Of a stretch of 64,000 nucleotides of DNA, positions 1 through 59,270 are shown one piece after another; position 1 is the first letter of the stretch, and each line of letters begins with the position of its first letter. The DNA comes from Lama glama. Taxonomy: Eukaryota. Under the pieces are notes generated by a model, which was not told where the DNA came from, ran no database searches, and was given only the letters and a program-made list of their open reading frames with translations. The position numbers and the translations under genes are program-made. The stretch covers positions 6,634,001-6,698,000 of the forward strand of contig CM052839.1 of NCBI GenBank assembly GCA_028534125.1. Reading direction: 5' to 3'.

Positions 1-2798
1 CACTCCTTAATCAAATCCATTACCAGGTCCTGTTCATCACAGCCCACTCTGCCTAGGTCCAGACCTCCTCATTTTTCTTCAGAATAATGGTGGGGTCATT
101 TCAGCTCTCCAGTTTTTTGCCCATACCAGCCTCCAGGCAAAAGCTATTCTAGAAGGCCCATGTGACCCTGTGTCTTCATTACTTAAAAAGCCAGGCCTTT
201 AAATGGCAGTCAAGGTTCTAAGTGCCCTAGCCCCGACTCTCTGATCTACCCTCCTGATCCCTGTGCTCGTGCTCCTTATGATCCAGCCATGCTGAGGGAT
301 TTACGTCACTCTCTCTGGCACAGGGCTGAGGTTTCCGAACTTCACCTCAGGTCACTTTTGCTGCCTGCAACAGCCTCTTCTTCATGTGTCCAGATCATTC
401 CAGCAAAAACCTCCCTTTCCCCCATGCTCCACCCTGGTCCCTCCTGCCAGAGTGCTGGTAAGTTCTGCCATCATCTGTTCTGTGGGGGATTTAGAAAGAG
501 CTGGGACTGGGTGCCAGGCCTGGAGCTCTCAGTACCTGGCAGCTGGGAGGGGGGGAGGATAGACTTGCTCTTTGGACAGCATACCTGGGACCATGTCACC
601 CCGGCCACTGGCTGTTTGTCTAGGTGCAGCTGGAGAGCATGACGGGGGGTACATGAGCAAGGGGCAGGTAGTTGGAGAGTGAAATGACTGTGTGTGATTC
701 TGTGGGAGTTTGGAGGGATGACCAGAAGTCATCATGGTGGAGGTGGGGGCTGCAAACAGGTGGGCCTGCTGGCAGGTGTGTGAACCTGCCAGGTGGGGGC
801 CACGGTCACCCACAGCTGTTGGCCCTGCCCGTGGTGGTTTGGAGGCAGGGTGGGGTGGGCTGGGCTGGGTTGGAGAAAGGGAGCGTGGGCTAGGCTGCCA
901 GAGCAAACAGGGAGGCTTTCTGGCCCTACCTTCGAGCAAACACCAACAGCTGAGGGTGCAGTAGACTGGGAGAGGCTGAGGGTTGAGATCTCTGTGGCTA
1001 ACAAAGGGGAGTCAGACCCCAGGATGTAAAAGTGGGGGAGGACGGAGAAGTTTCTAGCTACTTGAGTGCCTGGAGCTTCATGTCTCTGGGAGAAAAGTCT
1101 ATAGTGGGGAGCTGTAGGGCTCTGCCCACCTAGCCCCGGCTAACACTTTTCTTGGCAACTTAGAGATATAGGTAGGGCTGTCTTTGTGGATTGTAGCTGT
1201 GGGGAACAAAGGGACAGGGTGGAAAGACAGGGAATACTGGACTTGAGATCTAAAATGTCAGGCTGGAAGGAGCCACAGCCAGAAAACCAGCATTCCCCGG
1301 CTACCCCAGCAGCAGGCTGAGACCTGGCTGAAGCCCCCGGAGTCAGTCTGGATGACCCGCCAAAAGCAGCGGAGGGCTGGACCGTCTCTCTCACTGAATG
1401 TCTCTCTACTCAAGGAGGCACGGCGAAGGGGAGACAGAGGAGGAGAACCATGGCCCCATCCTGGGAGAGATGAGGAACTGGGGGGACCCTGGGTAGGGGC
1501 CAGCAGCTGGGGAACCAAGCTGGAAGCTGGGACTTTGTGTTGGGGGAGCGTGCGCAGTTGCAGTCTGGGAAGGCTTTCTGGTGGCAGAGGTACTGTAGGG
1601 TTTGGGGTTTGAACAGCTGGCTGAGTGGGCTCAATTCTGGAATCTATGACCTTCTGCCACCAAGGTGGATCCCAGAGCTCTGGGCAACAGAGGCCAGCTT
1701 GGTGGAGGTAAGACGAATAGTGGGATGAGACCCGCTGGGTCTCTCAGGCTGGAGGGGAGCAGACTGCGGTCTTTTGCTCCTCCTTTTGCTGGGATGAGTG
1801 GTTTCTGCCTTCCCACGCTTGCTTGCTGGACCTGCAGCCCCTCCTGCTGGCACCCTTGGACCAGTTGGAGCTCAGGGAGTGCTGGAGTAAGGGTACCTGG
1901 GTCCCTCCTTTGTCTTGGGCCAGGGTCACTCTCTCTGGGGGCCCCCGCCACAGGCCTCCACACACCTTCAGGCTTCCCCAGGGAGCCCCACCCCACACCG
2001 CAGTTACGTTTCCTGCTGGGCTGAGGGTGTGAGTCTAAGGTAACAAGACTGGTTTCCTTTCTTATATACTGGTTCGTTGTTCGAGGTTCTGGTTGTAAGG
2101 AATAACTGCTCATCACTAGACTTTAGGAAAACAATAAGAAAGCATAAACATCAAAAGAAGAAATCATGAAGTTGTCTCCTCCGGGAGACTTGCTAATTCA
2201 CAGGCTTTCGGGTTCCCTTTGGACCCAGGGTCACACTTCGCAGAATTCGAGTGAGGGGTAGGAAGCCCCTTAATGGACATCTCCATTTTGCAACCTCCCA
2301 GGACCTAAGTGGGCTCAAAAGAAGGCAGCTCAGAGACCCGTGCTCTGCAGCCCTCCCCAGCTCTCTGCCCTCGGCAGCTGAGTCCCCAGGCTCTGTGAAC
2401 AGGGGCAGACACCCCTCCGGACCACGCGCCCTCGGCTCCCCAACGTTCGGCGCGCTCCCCGTGGGCGGCCTCAGTTCCTCCTTCTGCAGAGGAGGCGGGT
2501 GGCTCAACCTCCGCACCCCGGGGCGCTGCGGGGGCGGGGCGGAGGGCTCCGAGGGCGGCCGGAAGGGGTGTGAGTGCGGGGGCGGGCCCCGCGCCGCCCC
2601 GCCCCGGGGAGGGAGCCTGGGGCGCAGCATCCTGGCGCGGGCCCCGGTTGCCGCCGCCACTGCCGTCGGGGAAGGACCCAGTGTGGTCATGGCCTCGTGC
2701 GGCGCCCTCCCGGGCCCGAGCCCCCCGCGCCCCGCGCAATAGGCCCGCGGAGAGGCGGCGCAGAAGGTGCCGACGGCGCAGACGGCCGGGCGGGCGGC

Positions 2799-35169
<32,371 letters not shown>

Positions 35170-36551
35170 GTGTCGGGAGCAGAGTGGAGTCTCCATGTAC
35201 CTCAGAGTGACGGTGCCCAAGCATGCCCCCACCCCTGCCCCACCTCCACGCTCGCCCGCTTACTCACTGGGCCCGGCCACTGTCCGAAGGGCCATCCCCA
35301 GGCCCCCTCCCAGGGTCCCTGTCCCCACTCGCATCGCCTGGGAGCTCTGTGATTCATGTCTCTGGGGCTTTCCTGGAAAGTTCGTCCCTGAAGCTCTGGC
35401 CCAGGAGCTGCAGCCCGGGAGGGGCCTGCCCAGAAGCCCGAGCTGGCGGCAGAACCAGCGATGCGGAGCCCCCACCCCCAAAGCCACAGGCACATTCTGG
35501 AGCCTGCCACCCTGTGCTCAGCAGCTGGACATTTACTTGCTGACCTGCCTTTCTGCACTGATGGAGGACTCCCGGGACCCGCTCAGACCTCTCTCTCAGT
35601 GCCTGGTCTGGGGCCTGGTCAACGGGGTGAGGAGGGGACATCTGGGCCCAGCTGTGCACAGCAAGGGCAGACAGCCCCCTCCACTCTGCCTCCACAAAGC
35701 CGGCTCCTGAGGGCTTGAGCCTGCTTCTGTTTATATGTGTGGGGCCTGTTTCTGTTTATATGTCAGAGAGAGGGACACAAGAATGGGGGGTGAGGGCTGA
35801 GCAAGGACCCCCTCCCCTGGGAGCCAGCCAGCCTGCCTGCCTGAGCTCAGCGCACTCCCAGACCCAGGTTTCCCTGTCCAAGCAAACGAGATGTGCCAGC
35901 TCTGTGCTGTGATGCCCGCTCTGCCAAGCCGAGGACGGATTTGCCTCCGTGTCCCTGGCACCTGAGCCCCGAGACGTCCTTGGGACCCTGAACACTGTGC
36001 CCTACAGCCCACCCGGTGCACTGCCATCTCGAGGTCTGCACAGCTGGGTGGTTCTGGGTCCTCTGGACTCTTGGCCTTGCTCTTTGCCCCTCGCCCCACT
36101 CATCCATGAGCTGAAAGGGTGTCACTAAGCATGGTTAGTTACCCAGGGCACTTCCTCTCCCTCCCTCCTTGCTGGAGGAACGCATGTGCTTGTGGATCAT
36201 GTCCATTGATAGGAAAAGAGCCTGGAGGGACAGAAATGTTGTCTTAACTCAGCTTTTCCCCTTTGGCAAAAATTAGCTAGGCGCAGAAGAAGGCAGTGAG
36301 GAAGGGCTGCATCCTCGCCCCTCCTGGAGAGCATACAGTGGTGGTTTTATATGTAAATCAAGACTCACATCCCTGCCCTGGCCCCCAGAATCAAGAGCCC
36401 CCTCAGCCTGCCTTACAGACAGATGGGCTCCCCGTTCTGTGGGGCTCACCCGCTGCCCCCAGAGATTCTCCTTGTCTTTCCTGCTGGGGGCAGGGGGATC
36501 TGAGGAGGGCAGGGCCCTGTACCCACCTGCGGACATGCTGTTGGGCAGAGA

Positions 36552-36557
36552 AATAAA
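36552..36557 (+). terminator. ATP2A3: Probable ATP2A3 polyadenylation signal
   Basis: First AATAAA seen after the stop codon, ~1.4 kb downstream. Confidence 0.75.
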
Positions 36558-37314
36558 GGTTGAGTGTCTAGGGCAACGAGGGCCATCAGAGTCTGTTTCC
36601 TGGAGAGCTGTTCCCTTCTGCCCCACCACCTCATGTCTACCTGGGTGCTCCCACCACCTGTGCAACCCCCACCCCACCCCCGCCACTGCAGGAGCTGTGA
36701 GCAAAGCTCTGGGGCTCCCACGCCGCCAGCCAGCTGGGGGTCCTGTCCTCTGACCAGGCCCCAGGGAGGCACTGACATCCGGAGCCACACCCCAGTAGCA
36801 GAGGCGGGACTGCCTTCTCGCGTGCACAGCACTTGGCAGTTTGTTCACGTGATCAAAGCCCTTTACACACATAATGATTCCAGGAAAACAGAGGCTGGGA
36901 GGGGTCTGTGACTAGGTGCCCCTGGAACCTGGAGGGGCCCCAGCCCTGGCTGTTTCATGGGTACCGCACCTCTCCAAGGTTTTCCTCTTGCTCTGTTTTC
37001 CTCTCCTCCTTGGATCCCAGGATACCTTCCACCTCGTCCTCCATCCTTTGGGGCCCAGCTGGAATGCACCTCCCTGAGGCTTCCCTCAACTCACACTGTC
37101 CTGGGGCCTTGGGGCCTCGTGAGGCTGCTTGACATTAACTCCTGACTTGCCCACGTGGCCCTGCCCTCCGGGAGTGGGGGCTCTGGGAAGGGAAGAGCCT
37201 GGTCCCCCTACCTCCTTCGTTTCCTCTTCTGAAGGGAGACTTACAGAAGTTCTGTATCTCTTCTACACAGCTGCCCTGGGAAGGGGATGCGGGCCCTGCC
37301 CTTGCGGCCAGAGG

Positions 37315-37488
37315 CAGGACCACCTATATATTTGAGGGGTTCAGTGCAGAATGAAAATGTGGAGCTTCTCGTTCAAAAATTAAGCATTTCTTAATGGTGG
37401 CAGCCGAGTAATAAACCAAGTGTGGAGCCCTTCTGAGCACAGGGCCCAGGGCAATGAGTAGATGGACTGTCTAGGAAGCCAGCCATGA
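37315..37488 (-). mobile_element. MER45A-like DNA transposon
   Basis: cagtgcagaatgaaaatgtgg...gttcaaaaattaag...taaaccaagtgtggagcccttctgagcacagggccc. Confidence 0.7.
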
Positions 37489-38169
37489 CTGGAGGAGACA
37501 GGACCTGCTCTTAGGAGCTCCCAGGTTTTATTTGGGAGAGAGGATTTGACCCACAGCTTGCAGTGGGAGCCAGGGATGGGCAGACGGATTCCCCCAGTAC
37601 AAGATCCACCTACACCATTTCTCAGGTCACAAAGCCTTTTCCCACACCTCGTGCCAGGATCCTCAACCAGCTCTGTGAGATGGACCAGGCAGAGGGTAGG
37701 GCTCTGCTTTACTGATGAAGAGCCAGAGGCCCTCCGAGAGCCTGAGCATCTAGGTTGCCCTCATCCTGACGGACAGGCAGCGTGAGGCGCTGAGATGGGC
37801 CTGGGGGGTTCCCGCGGGGGCAGGCGGGCTCCAGCGCCCCCGGCAGCCTCTGGGGCTTGTGGCCAGGCCTGCTTTGCCTCCACCCCCACCCAGGCCTGCC
37901 CAAGCCCGGCCTTGTCCTGCTCGCAGCACGGAGCCCGACAGGCCAGGATGGGGCGGCCAAGGTAAACAGAGGTTTCCTACCTCACGGCCGCTGGCCCAGG
38001 AGGGAATTCCGGGGAAAGCCCCGGCACACTTATCACTGGCTCGGGGATGACAGTGTAGCCTCCCCCTGCCCCTTCCAGAGGCCTGGATTTGTGCTCTTAT
38101 CCCCGCCACACACTGCATCCCTCACAGGGGTGAGAGTGACCCCTCCTTGGGGCCGCGTTGGGAGAAATG

Positions 38170-38670
38170 GAAGGGCGAAAATAGAAAATGACTTACGTCC
38201 ACATGAAGACCTGAACCCGAGTGTCCATAGCAGCTTTAGTCATTATAGCCCCAAACCGAAAACAACCCAAGTGCCCATCAGCAGGGGAAGGATAAACAAA
38301 CCGTGGTATGTCCGTACAGCAGAACATTCCTCAGCAATAAAAAGGAGCATCCTCATATGTGCCACAGAATGCACGACGCTTAAACCCCTGGTGCTGCGTA
38401 AAGGAAGCCAGAATCGAAAAGAGCCCCTACTGAGCTATTCTACCTCCATTAAGTTCTGTAGCAACAGAGCAGATCCGTGATTCCCAGGGCTGGGGGTTGG
38501 AAAAGATTGACAGCAGAAGGGCTGGGAGGGAACATTCTAGGGTGATGGATTGGGTGGGGGAGGGTAGTTGCATGCATTTGTCAAAACTCATCAAACTGTA
38601 TGCCTAAAATGGGTACATTTTATTGCATGTAAATTATACCTTAGTGCAGTTTGATTTAGAAGAAAAGAGA
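38170..38670 (+). mobile_element. Old L1 (L1MC/MD-like) 3' end
   Basis: aaacaacccaagtgcccatca...tttgtcaaaactcatcaaactgta...tgtaaattatacct. Confidence 0.8.
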
Positions 38671-41599
38671 AAAGAGGTAGGAGCCAGAGGTGGCGGGCCC
38701 GCGGCTGCTGTGGGTGTAGCAGTTGCAGCACCAGCAGGAAGCGGGGGCAGGAAGAGGCTGAGGACCAAGGGGAAAAGGCCCAAAAGGATGGAGGGGAACC
38801 AGGGGTGTGTGATGCCTCAGACACTCGGGCAGGGGGACTCCAGCCGGGTCATGGTCTGTAGTTGGGTGAAGGAATCCAGAGCCATGCCAGGTCCAGGCAG
38901 TGGGAGAAGCTGGCTTGAGAGCCCCTCCTGTGGCCTCCCCACGGATACCTGCTCTCTCTCAACCTCCCCAAGACAGTCCAGTTGGGCCAGCCTAGCCCTG
39001 TTCCAGCCAGCCTGAGAGGCTGTGTGGCATTGGGTGAGTCCCTGGGACACCAAGTCTGGCCCACATGGTGTGGGGAGGTTGGACTGAACCCCGCCATGGG
39101 CAGAGACATGGCCCCTGCAACCTTGGGACCCTGAGTGGCCAAGGAGACCCACTGGAGCCTATGCCGACCCCCTTGAGGGCCCAGGCTGGCCTCCAGGACA
39201 GGCACGGGCACCCTCCACGCTCACAGAGCCACTAAATTTAGCCAGGCAGGGGAGGCCATCCTGGGGCCGAGTGCTTGGCAGCACTGCCTTGTCTCCCTAC
39301 AAGGCCTGGCTCAGTACCCGAGCCGGCCATCCGGCCTTTGGGCTTATAAGGCAGGTCTGGCGGGTTTTAAGAACTGGAGTCTTGGGGTGGGCTCTGGGCC
39401 AAGATCTCAGACTTTGGGGAGCCTCCTTCCCAGCCACCAGCAAACATGGGAGCTACTTGTTACGTGACTTGGGCAGGGCACTCACCTTTCAGAGCCTCCG
39501 TGTCCCTTACCTGCGAAATGGGAATCCTCGGACCTGTATCATGTAGCTGCTCTAAAGAAAAGCCTGCAGAATTCCAGGTTTCCCTCACTCCCCAACATGC
39601 CTAGAACAAACACAGAAGTCTGTCCCTGGGGATGCTGAAGTCGGAGCCAAAGGAGGGAAAGCACAGTCCATGTATTTTAGAACCAATGAAAATGGGGGGA
39701 GCTTCCTGCCTTACTCTGGCAGAGATATTCTCAAGGAAAGGAATTTGGAGGAAAAAATGTGATTGCTTTTATTTCTCTTTCTTTTGGGCACTTTTCGGTT
39801 ATGATAACAACCCCGAAAAAGACTGTCCTCTGGGGCATCCTGTTTTCAGGGTCAGAACCGAGGCTATGACAGGAGCACCTGTGTGTGCTCCAAGCAAGTC
39901 TGTCTGTCCATTGGTCCATCTGTTCATCAGCAATCCTGGCTCCCTGGAGAAGGAAGAGGAGGAGGGAGAGAGGAGGGAGAGAGGAGGGGGTGGAGGACAT
40001 GATGATGATGTGAAAGGGACAGATACAGATTGGAGAATGACTCCTTGACTTCCCCACACCCCCCTTCTCCCTCCCTTCCTCCTCACCCCTCTCCCTCCTT
40101 CCTCCCTTCTTCCTTCCCCTTCATCCGCTCATTTAGTCCCTGCCACCCTCCGAGTGTGGTGTGCGTGTCTTGAGAAGGATGGTGGATGGGGACACAGAGA
40201 TGCTCTGACAGTGTCAGCATCCACCCCACTCCCATGGCAAGAAGTTCCTGTCCCGGGTCTGCTATTCCAAGGGCCATGAGGTCAGCTGGGAAGGGGACAG
40301 GATCTTTTGTCTGGGGTCAAGGTCAGGCCAAGCGGATGTGGCCACCACAGCTTTGGCTCCCAGCATCTCTGGATTTTTCTTGGAAAAGCTCAGGACGTGA
40401 TTCTCACCAGCCCCTCTTGAAGGTAGCATCATCGGACAGACAGCTGAGCCTGAGATTGCTGGGAACTCTGCAGGGATTGGCCTGAGGAGCAGGAAGGGGC
40501 CATTGGCCTGCCCTCTGTGGAAGCCCCCTTCTGTCCAGCGAGTGGCTCTGCTCAGACAGGAGGCTGGGATTCCCAGCCCCGGGGCCTGGCTCCCTGCCCA
40601 GAGCGATTTCCCAGCTAAAGGCCTGCCAGAAAGAAGCCTCCTATCAGCCTTCAGGATGAGGCAGCTTGGACAGGGGGTGTGAAGGGAGCCCCAAGGACAC
40701 CCAGCCTTGGTTGAAAGAGGGCCAGGGAGGCCTTCCTGCTTCATACTAGGGCCTCCTGTACCACACAGAGTGAGCTTGGGCAATTCATTTCTCCTCTCTG
40801 AGCTCCAATTTCTTCATCTGCAAAATGAGGGGGAGGTTGGGGGAGGCCTCCAGCTCCGGTGCTCAGAGAGCTAACACAGAAACTGCCCCGGCCCAGCCCT
40901 GCCTCAGGGCCTGGTTGGGGCTGAGGGCACGGGCTGCAGAGGAGCTGTACCCCAAGTGCAACAGTGCCTCAGTTTGAGGAAACTTCCATTATCGCCACCA
41001 TTTCACAGATGAGGAAGCAGATTCAGGGAGTGAGGCAACATACCCAGGCCCCCACAGGCAGCAAGAGCCATTCACCCAGGCAGTGTGATGCCATGCTCTC
41101 CCTGCTGGTCTCCAGGAGCCCAGCGCTGATGTGTAACAGATGTGGCCCTTGTCTTGTTGGGATCCCTGCCCCTCGTGCTGGTTTCAGGGAAGGTAGAGGT
41201 GGGGTTAGGACCAGAGAGGTGGGAGAATGGAGATGCCAGCCCGACACTGAGGTTGACTGGGGACAGGCCAGGCTGGGACCCAGAGGGACAGGTGGATGGA
41301 AGATGGCCTATAAGGTCAGGGTGGGGGTCCTGCCACGGGTTCAGGAAGTGTCAGGCAGCTGGACCGGGAGCAGCCCTCCTGCTTCTCTGCCCTCCTGGCT
41401 GCAGACCCCCGGGGCCTGAGCTTTCCACCTGTGGGCCAAGGTAGGGTGGGGAGGATGTTTGGATAGGGGATGGGTCCCTGTTTTGGGGAAGGCTCCAGCC
41501 TGTGGCCACTCCACCCACGCCCTGGCCTGGGCCCCCAGCTCTGTTCTACCAGGTTTGTGGGGGACTGACAGCTTTATCTTTGGCTTGTGTTGGGTGGCC

Positions 41600-55965
<14,366 letters not shown>

Positions 55966-56216
55966 CCTTCGCCCCCGACTCCTGACTGAACGCGGCCTGT
56001 GGTGTCAGGCAGGGGCCCTGGTGGGGTCCCAGCCAGGGCAGCAGGCTCTCCCCAGGAGCTCACCCACCCTCTCCGCCAGGTAGACACCCGGTTGCCGGAA
56101 GCCCAGGGTGGACACTGGGAGAGACCTGCACAATTCTGGGCTCTGGTTCCAACTCTGCACCCACCCAAGGGGGCCTCACCCCGGCCTCAGCCTCTCCACT
56201 GCCTCATGTCTCCAGA

Positions 56217-56416
56217 TCTGTGCTCTCCCGTACGGCAGCCACTAGCCATGGGTGATGATTTAAGTTCAAATTAATTAAGACTGAATAAAATAAACACTTT
56301 TGTTCCTCACACTAGCCACATTACAACTGCTAAATACACAAATGTGGCTAGTGGTTGCCCTACTGAACCACACAGAACATTCCCAGCATTGCAGAAAGTT
56401 CTTTTGGACAGCTCTG
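56217..56416 (-). mobile_element. MER3-like DNA transposon in the P2RX1 3' UTR
   Basis: cagccactagcca...aaatgtggctagtgg...gcagaaagttcttttggacagc. Confidence 0.7.
56284..56294 (+). terminator. P2RX1: Candidate proximal P2RX1 poly(A) signal (overlapping AATAAAATAAA); a distal AATAAA lies at 56991-56996
   Basis: Hexamers seen directly; usage unknown. Confidence 0.5.
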
Positions 56417-57509
56417 CTTGAAACCTGTTTCTTACTGGCCCCAGAGTGCCCTGGGGAGCTTATCAACAGAGGGTCCACCCCAGACCTCCCGAACCAGAAT
56501 CTCCAGGGCTGGTCACATGGTCGGCAAGGATAACAAATCCTTCAGGTCATTTTCAGGACTTAAATTTTAGAACTGCTCCTGATCAGGTATCAGACTTAGC
56601 TGGGGCCTGCGTCACCTGTGTGCTCACAAGCCACATGGTGTCTCACTCATGCCCCTCATGTGCACAGGCACCTGCATACACACATCCCCTCCCATCCACA
56701 CTGTGTGTTTGAACAGCTTGGGTCCTGCAAACACAACCATCTGAGCACACCCACACCCCCAGACACAGACTCAAGGTCCACGCCACATCACCCCCATGGG
56801 GATGTGCTTCTCCCCGAGTGTGTCAGGCCAGGACAGTCCCTTCTAGTGATGAGTTCTGACTCAGCTACCTCCGGTCAGGGTGGGAGCCTTAGCTGAATCT
56901 GGGGCTCCCTTCCTGTGACCCAGTGCCAGTTCCCAAGGCCTGCCCAGCTCTGTCTGAACACAAGGTCTGGGAAATCAAGGGGTGGCGTATAATAAAAAGA
57001 AGATGAATAAGTTCAAATCTCTGCCTTCTGCCCTTTCTTCCCAGCCCTCTCTGAAATTCAGCATTCCCATCTGTGAAATGCGGGGCCAAACTGAGCCATC
57101 TTCCAGGTCCTTCTGGATCTCTCCATGGGAGGTGGTTAGCCTACACTTATGCCCTGAGCCCAGCAAAGGGATTGTGGCAGGGGGTCAGCTCATCTCTAGC
57201 CATGGGCCGCTGTCCTGGCACAGCCCGAACGTTGGAGCTCTTCCCAATCCTCCACACACCGCTCCTATGGCTTTGAAAAGCCAGGCACTGGGACAAGCAG
57301 AGATCCCAGGACCGGCCTCATGACAGCAGGGATAAGGAAGGGGCTGTCTGTCCCAGGAGAGTGATCTGACGGAATCCCAAAGGGGAGGGTCTTGAATGGA
57401 GACTGTGTGGAACGATTCTCCAGGCACCCTGTTGTGGGCATGACCTGCAGTCTGGACTTACAGCCTGGAAGGGGTTTTGGGCACCCCCATCACCAGGCTT
57501 CGTCTAGAC

Positions 57510-57692
57510 CAGTGTTGTCCAACAGCAATGACGGAACGTTCTCTGTGTGTGCTGCTCAATGTAGTATTCACATGGGGCCATTAGGTATTTAGAATGTGGC
57601 TCAGACAACTGAGGAACTGAATTCTTAATTTTATTCACTTCTAATTAATTTCAATCACCATGTGTGGCTAGTGGCTACCATACTGGATGGCA
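57510..57692 (+). mobile_element. MER3-like DNA transposon
   Basis: cagtgttgtccaa...actgaggaactgaatt...atgtgtggctagtggctacc. Confidence 0.75.
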
Positions 57693-58499
57693 CAAGACAG
57701 CCCTTCCCCTCTCCCTCAGGCCCTGTCCTTCTCGCCTCTTCCCCAGCCAAGAACCATCCTGCAGATTTTACAAGACAAGAACTGCCTCTTCTTTCCTTCC
57801 TTTCTTCTCCACACCTACCTGCTTTTGCACCTCCCGTCCCCTTCCTTCCAGAAGGAGCAGAGGATTCCTCCTTGGCATCCAACCCTTACCCGGCCCAGAG
57901 ACCTCCCAGCAGAGGCCGCCTCTCCTCTCTCCCATTCTGGCATCTGCTCCCTTCTTCTGCCTCCTCCTAGCCCACGTTCCCCTGCAGCTCTGCCCACTCT
58001 CCCTTCACTGCCACCATTCCAGAAAGACCAGTCTTCCCGCTGTAACCCACCCTCTACAGTTGGCCTCCAGCCCCTAACCATACTTCCAGATGCCCTTGCC
58101 AAGGTTACCAGCAGCGCCTGGTTGCCAAATCCAAGCAGACACTTTAGCCCGTATCCTGCTTGGCCTGTCAGCCTCTGACAGTGTTGACCGAACCCTCCTT
58201 TGTTGGAAGATTTCCTTCCAGCGGCGCCTAGACCCACCCTCTCCTGATTTCCCAGCCAGGCTGGTGTGTAGGGAAAAGAATTTTCGATTGCAGCTCTGCC
58301 ATGAGTCACTATGTGTCCTTGGGCAAGTTGCTTAACTCTCTAAGCCTCCTCTGAGAGTCAGGGATAATAATAGCCTCTACTCAGGTTGGGGTAAGATAAG
58401 ATATGTAAAGTGCCTACCTTGGAGCCTGGCACAGAATAGTGCTCTGCCCTGCCATCTATCCTCTCTTTTAATGGTGGAGTCAGCTAGCTATCCCTGGAT

Positions 58500-58850
58500 A
58501 GCTATTCTCTCTACAGTGATATGATCTTTGGTTCTTGGCTGGGTATGTGGCTGCCTAGAATGGAAGCTGCATTTCCCAGCCTCCTCTTATAGCTGGTCAT
58601 GTGACTAAGTTATGGCTAATAAGATGTACGTGGAAGTATCATGTGACACCTTCTGGGAACTTTCCTTAAAAGACAGCTGGTGCAGATCCTTTGCCCTGTT
58701 CAGCTTTGTCTCCATCCCACTGCCTGGAATGCATATGTGATGGCTGGAGCTCTAGTCACATCCTGAGCCCTGAGGACAAGAGTCAAATCCAGAGGTTACT
58801 GGAGCAGTGAGTGGAAAGAGCCACCTGGGAGGTCTTTGTGGAACAAAGCT
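58500..58850. mobile_element. LTR16/LTR33-like ERVL LTR
   Basis: catttcccagcctcc...catgtgactaagtt...tgatggctggagctc. Confidence 0.55.
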
Positions 58851-58857
58851 GATGTAC

Positions 58858-59270
58858 TGTTACCCAAAAACTGGGTTCATGTCTTCTACTTCTTCTTTTT
58901 TTTGGAGGGGGAGGTTATTATGTTTATTTATTCTTAGAGGAGGTACTGGAGATTGAACCCAGGGCCTTGTACATGCTAAGTCTTGAGATATACCCTCTCC
59001 CTGGATTCACTTCTTGGTGGGTGTCGAGCCAAAAGACACAACCAAGTCAAAGAGTAGGAGGAGGGACTTATTACTTGCAGTATATAAGGAGAATACTGAG
59101 GATCTTTCCTAAAGCAGTATCTCCCTGAACAGCAAAATTGGAGAGGTTTTAAGGTAAGGGTACACGCATATTCATGAAGGGGCTTGGGCAATGTACACAT
59201 CATAGAATTGTGGCAAAGGCTGACAGAGTACAAGATTTAGTTGATTGATGTCACAAGGGTCATGTGTTGC
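58858..59270 (-). mobile_element. Lineage-specific LTR-like element with a nested tRNA-derived SINE (~58885-59000, camelid vic-1-like)
   Basis: tgttaccc start; SINE with poly-T and gaggtactggagattgaacccagg (B box on minus strand) flanked by ctgg(g/a)ttca..tct direct repeats. Confidence 0.6.
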
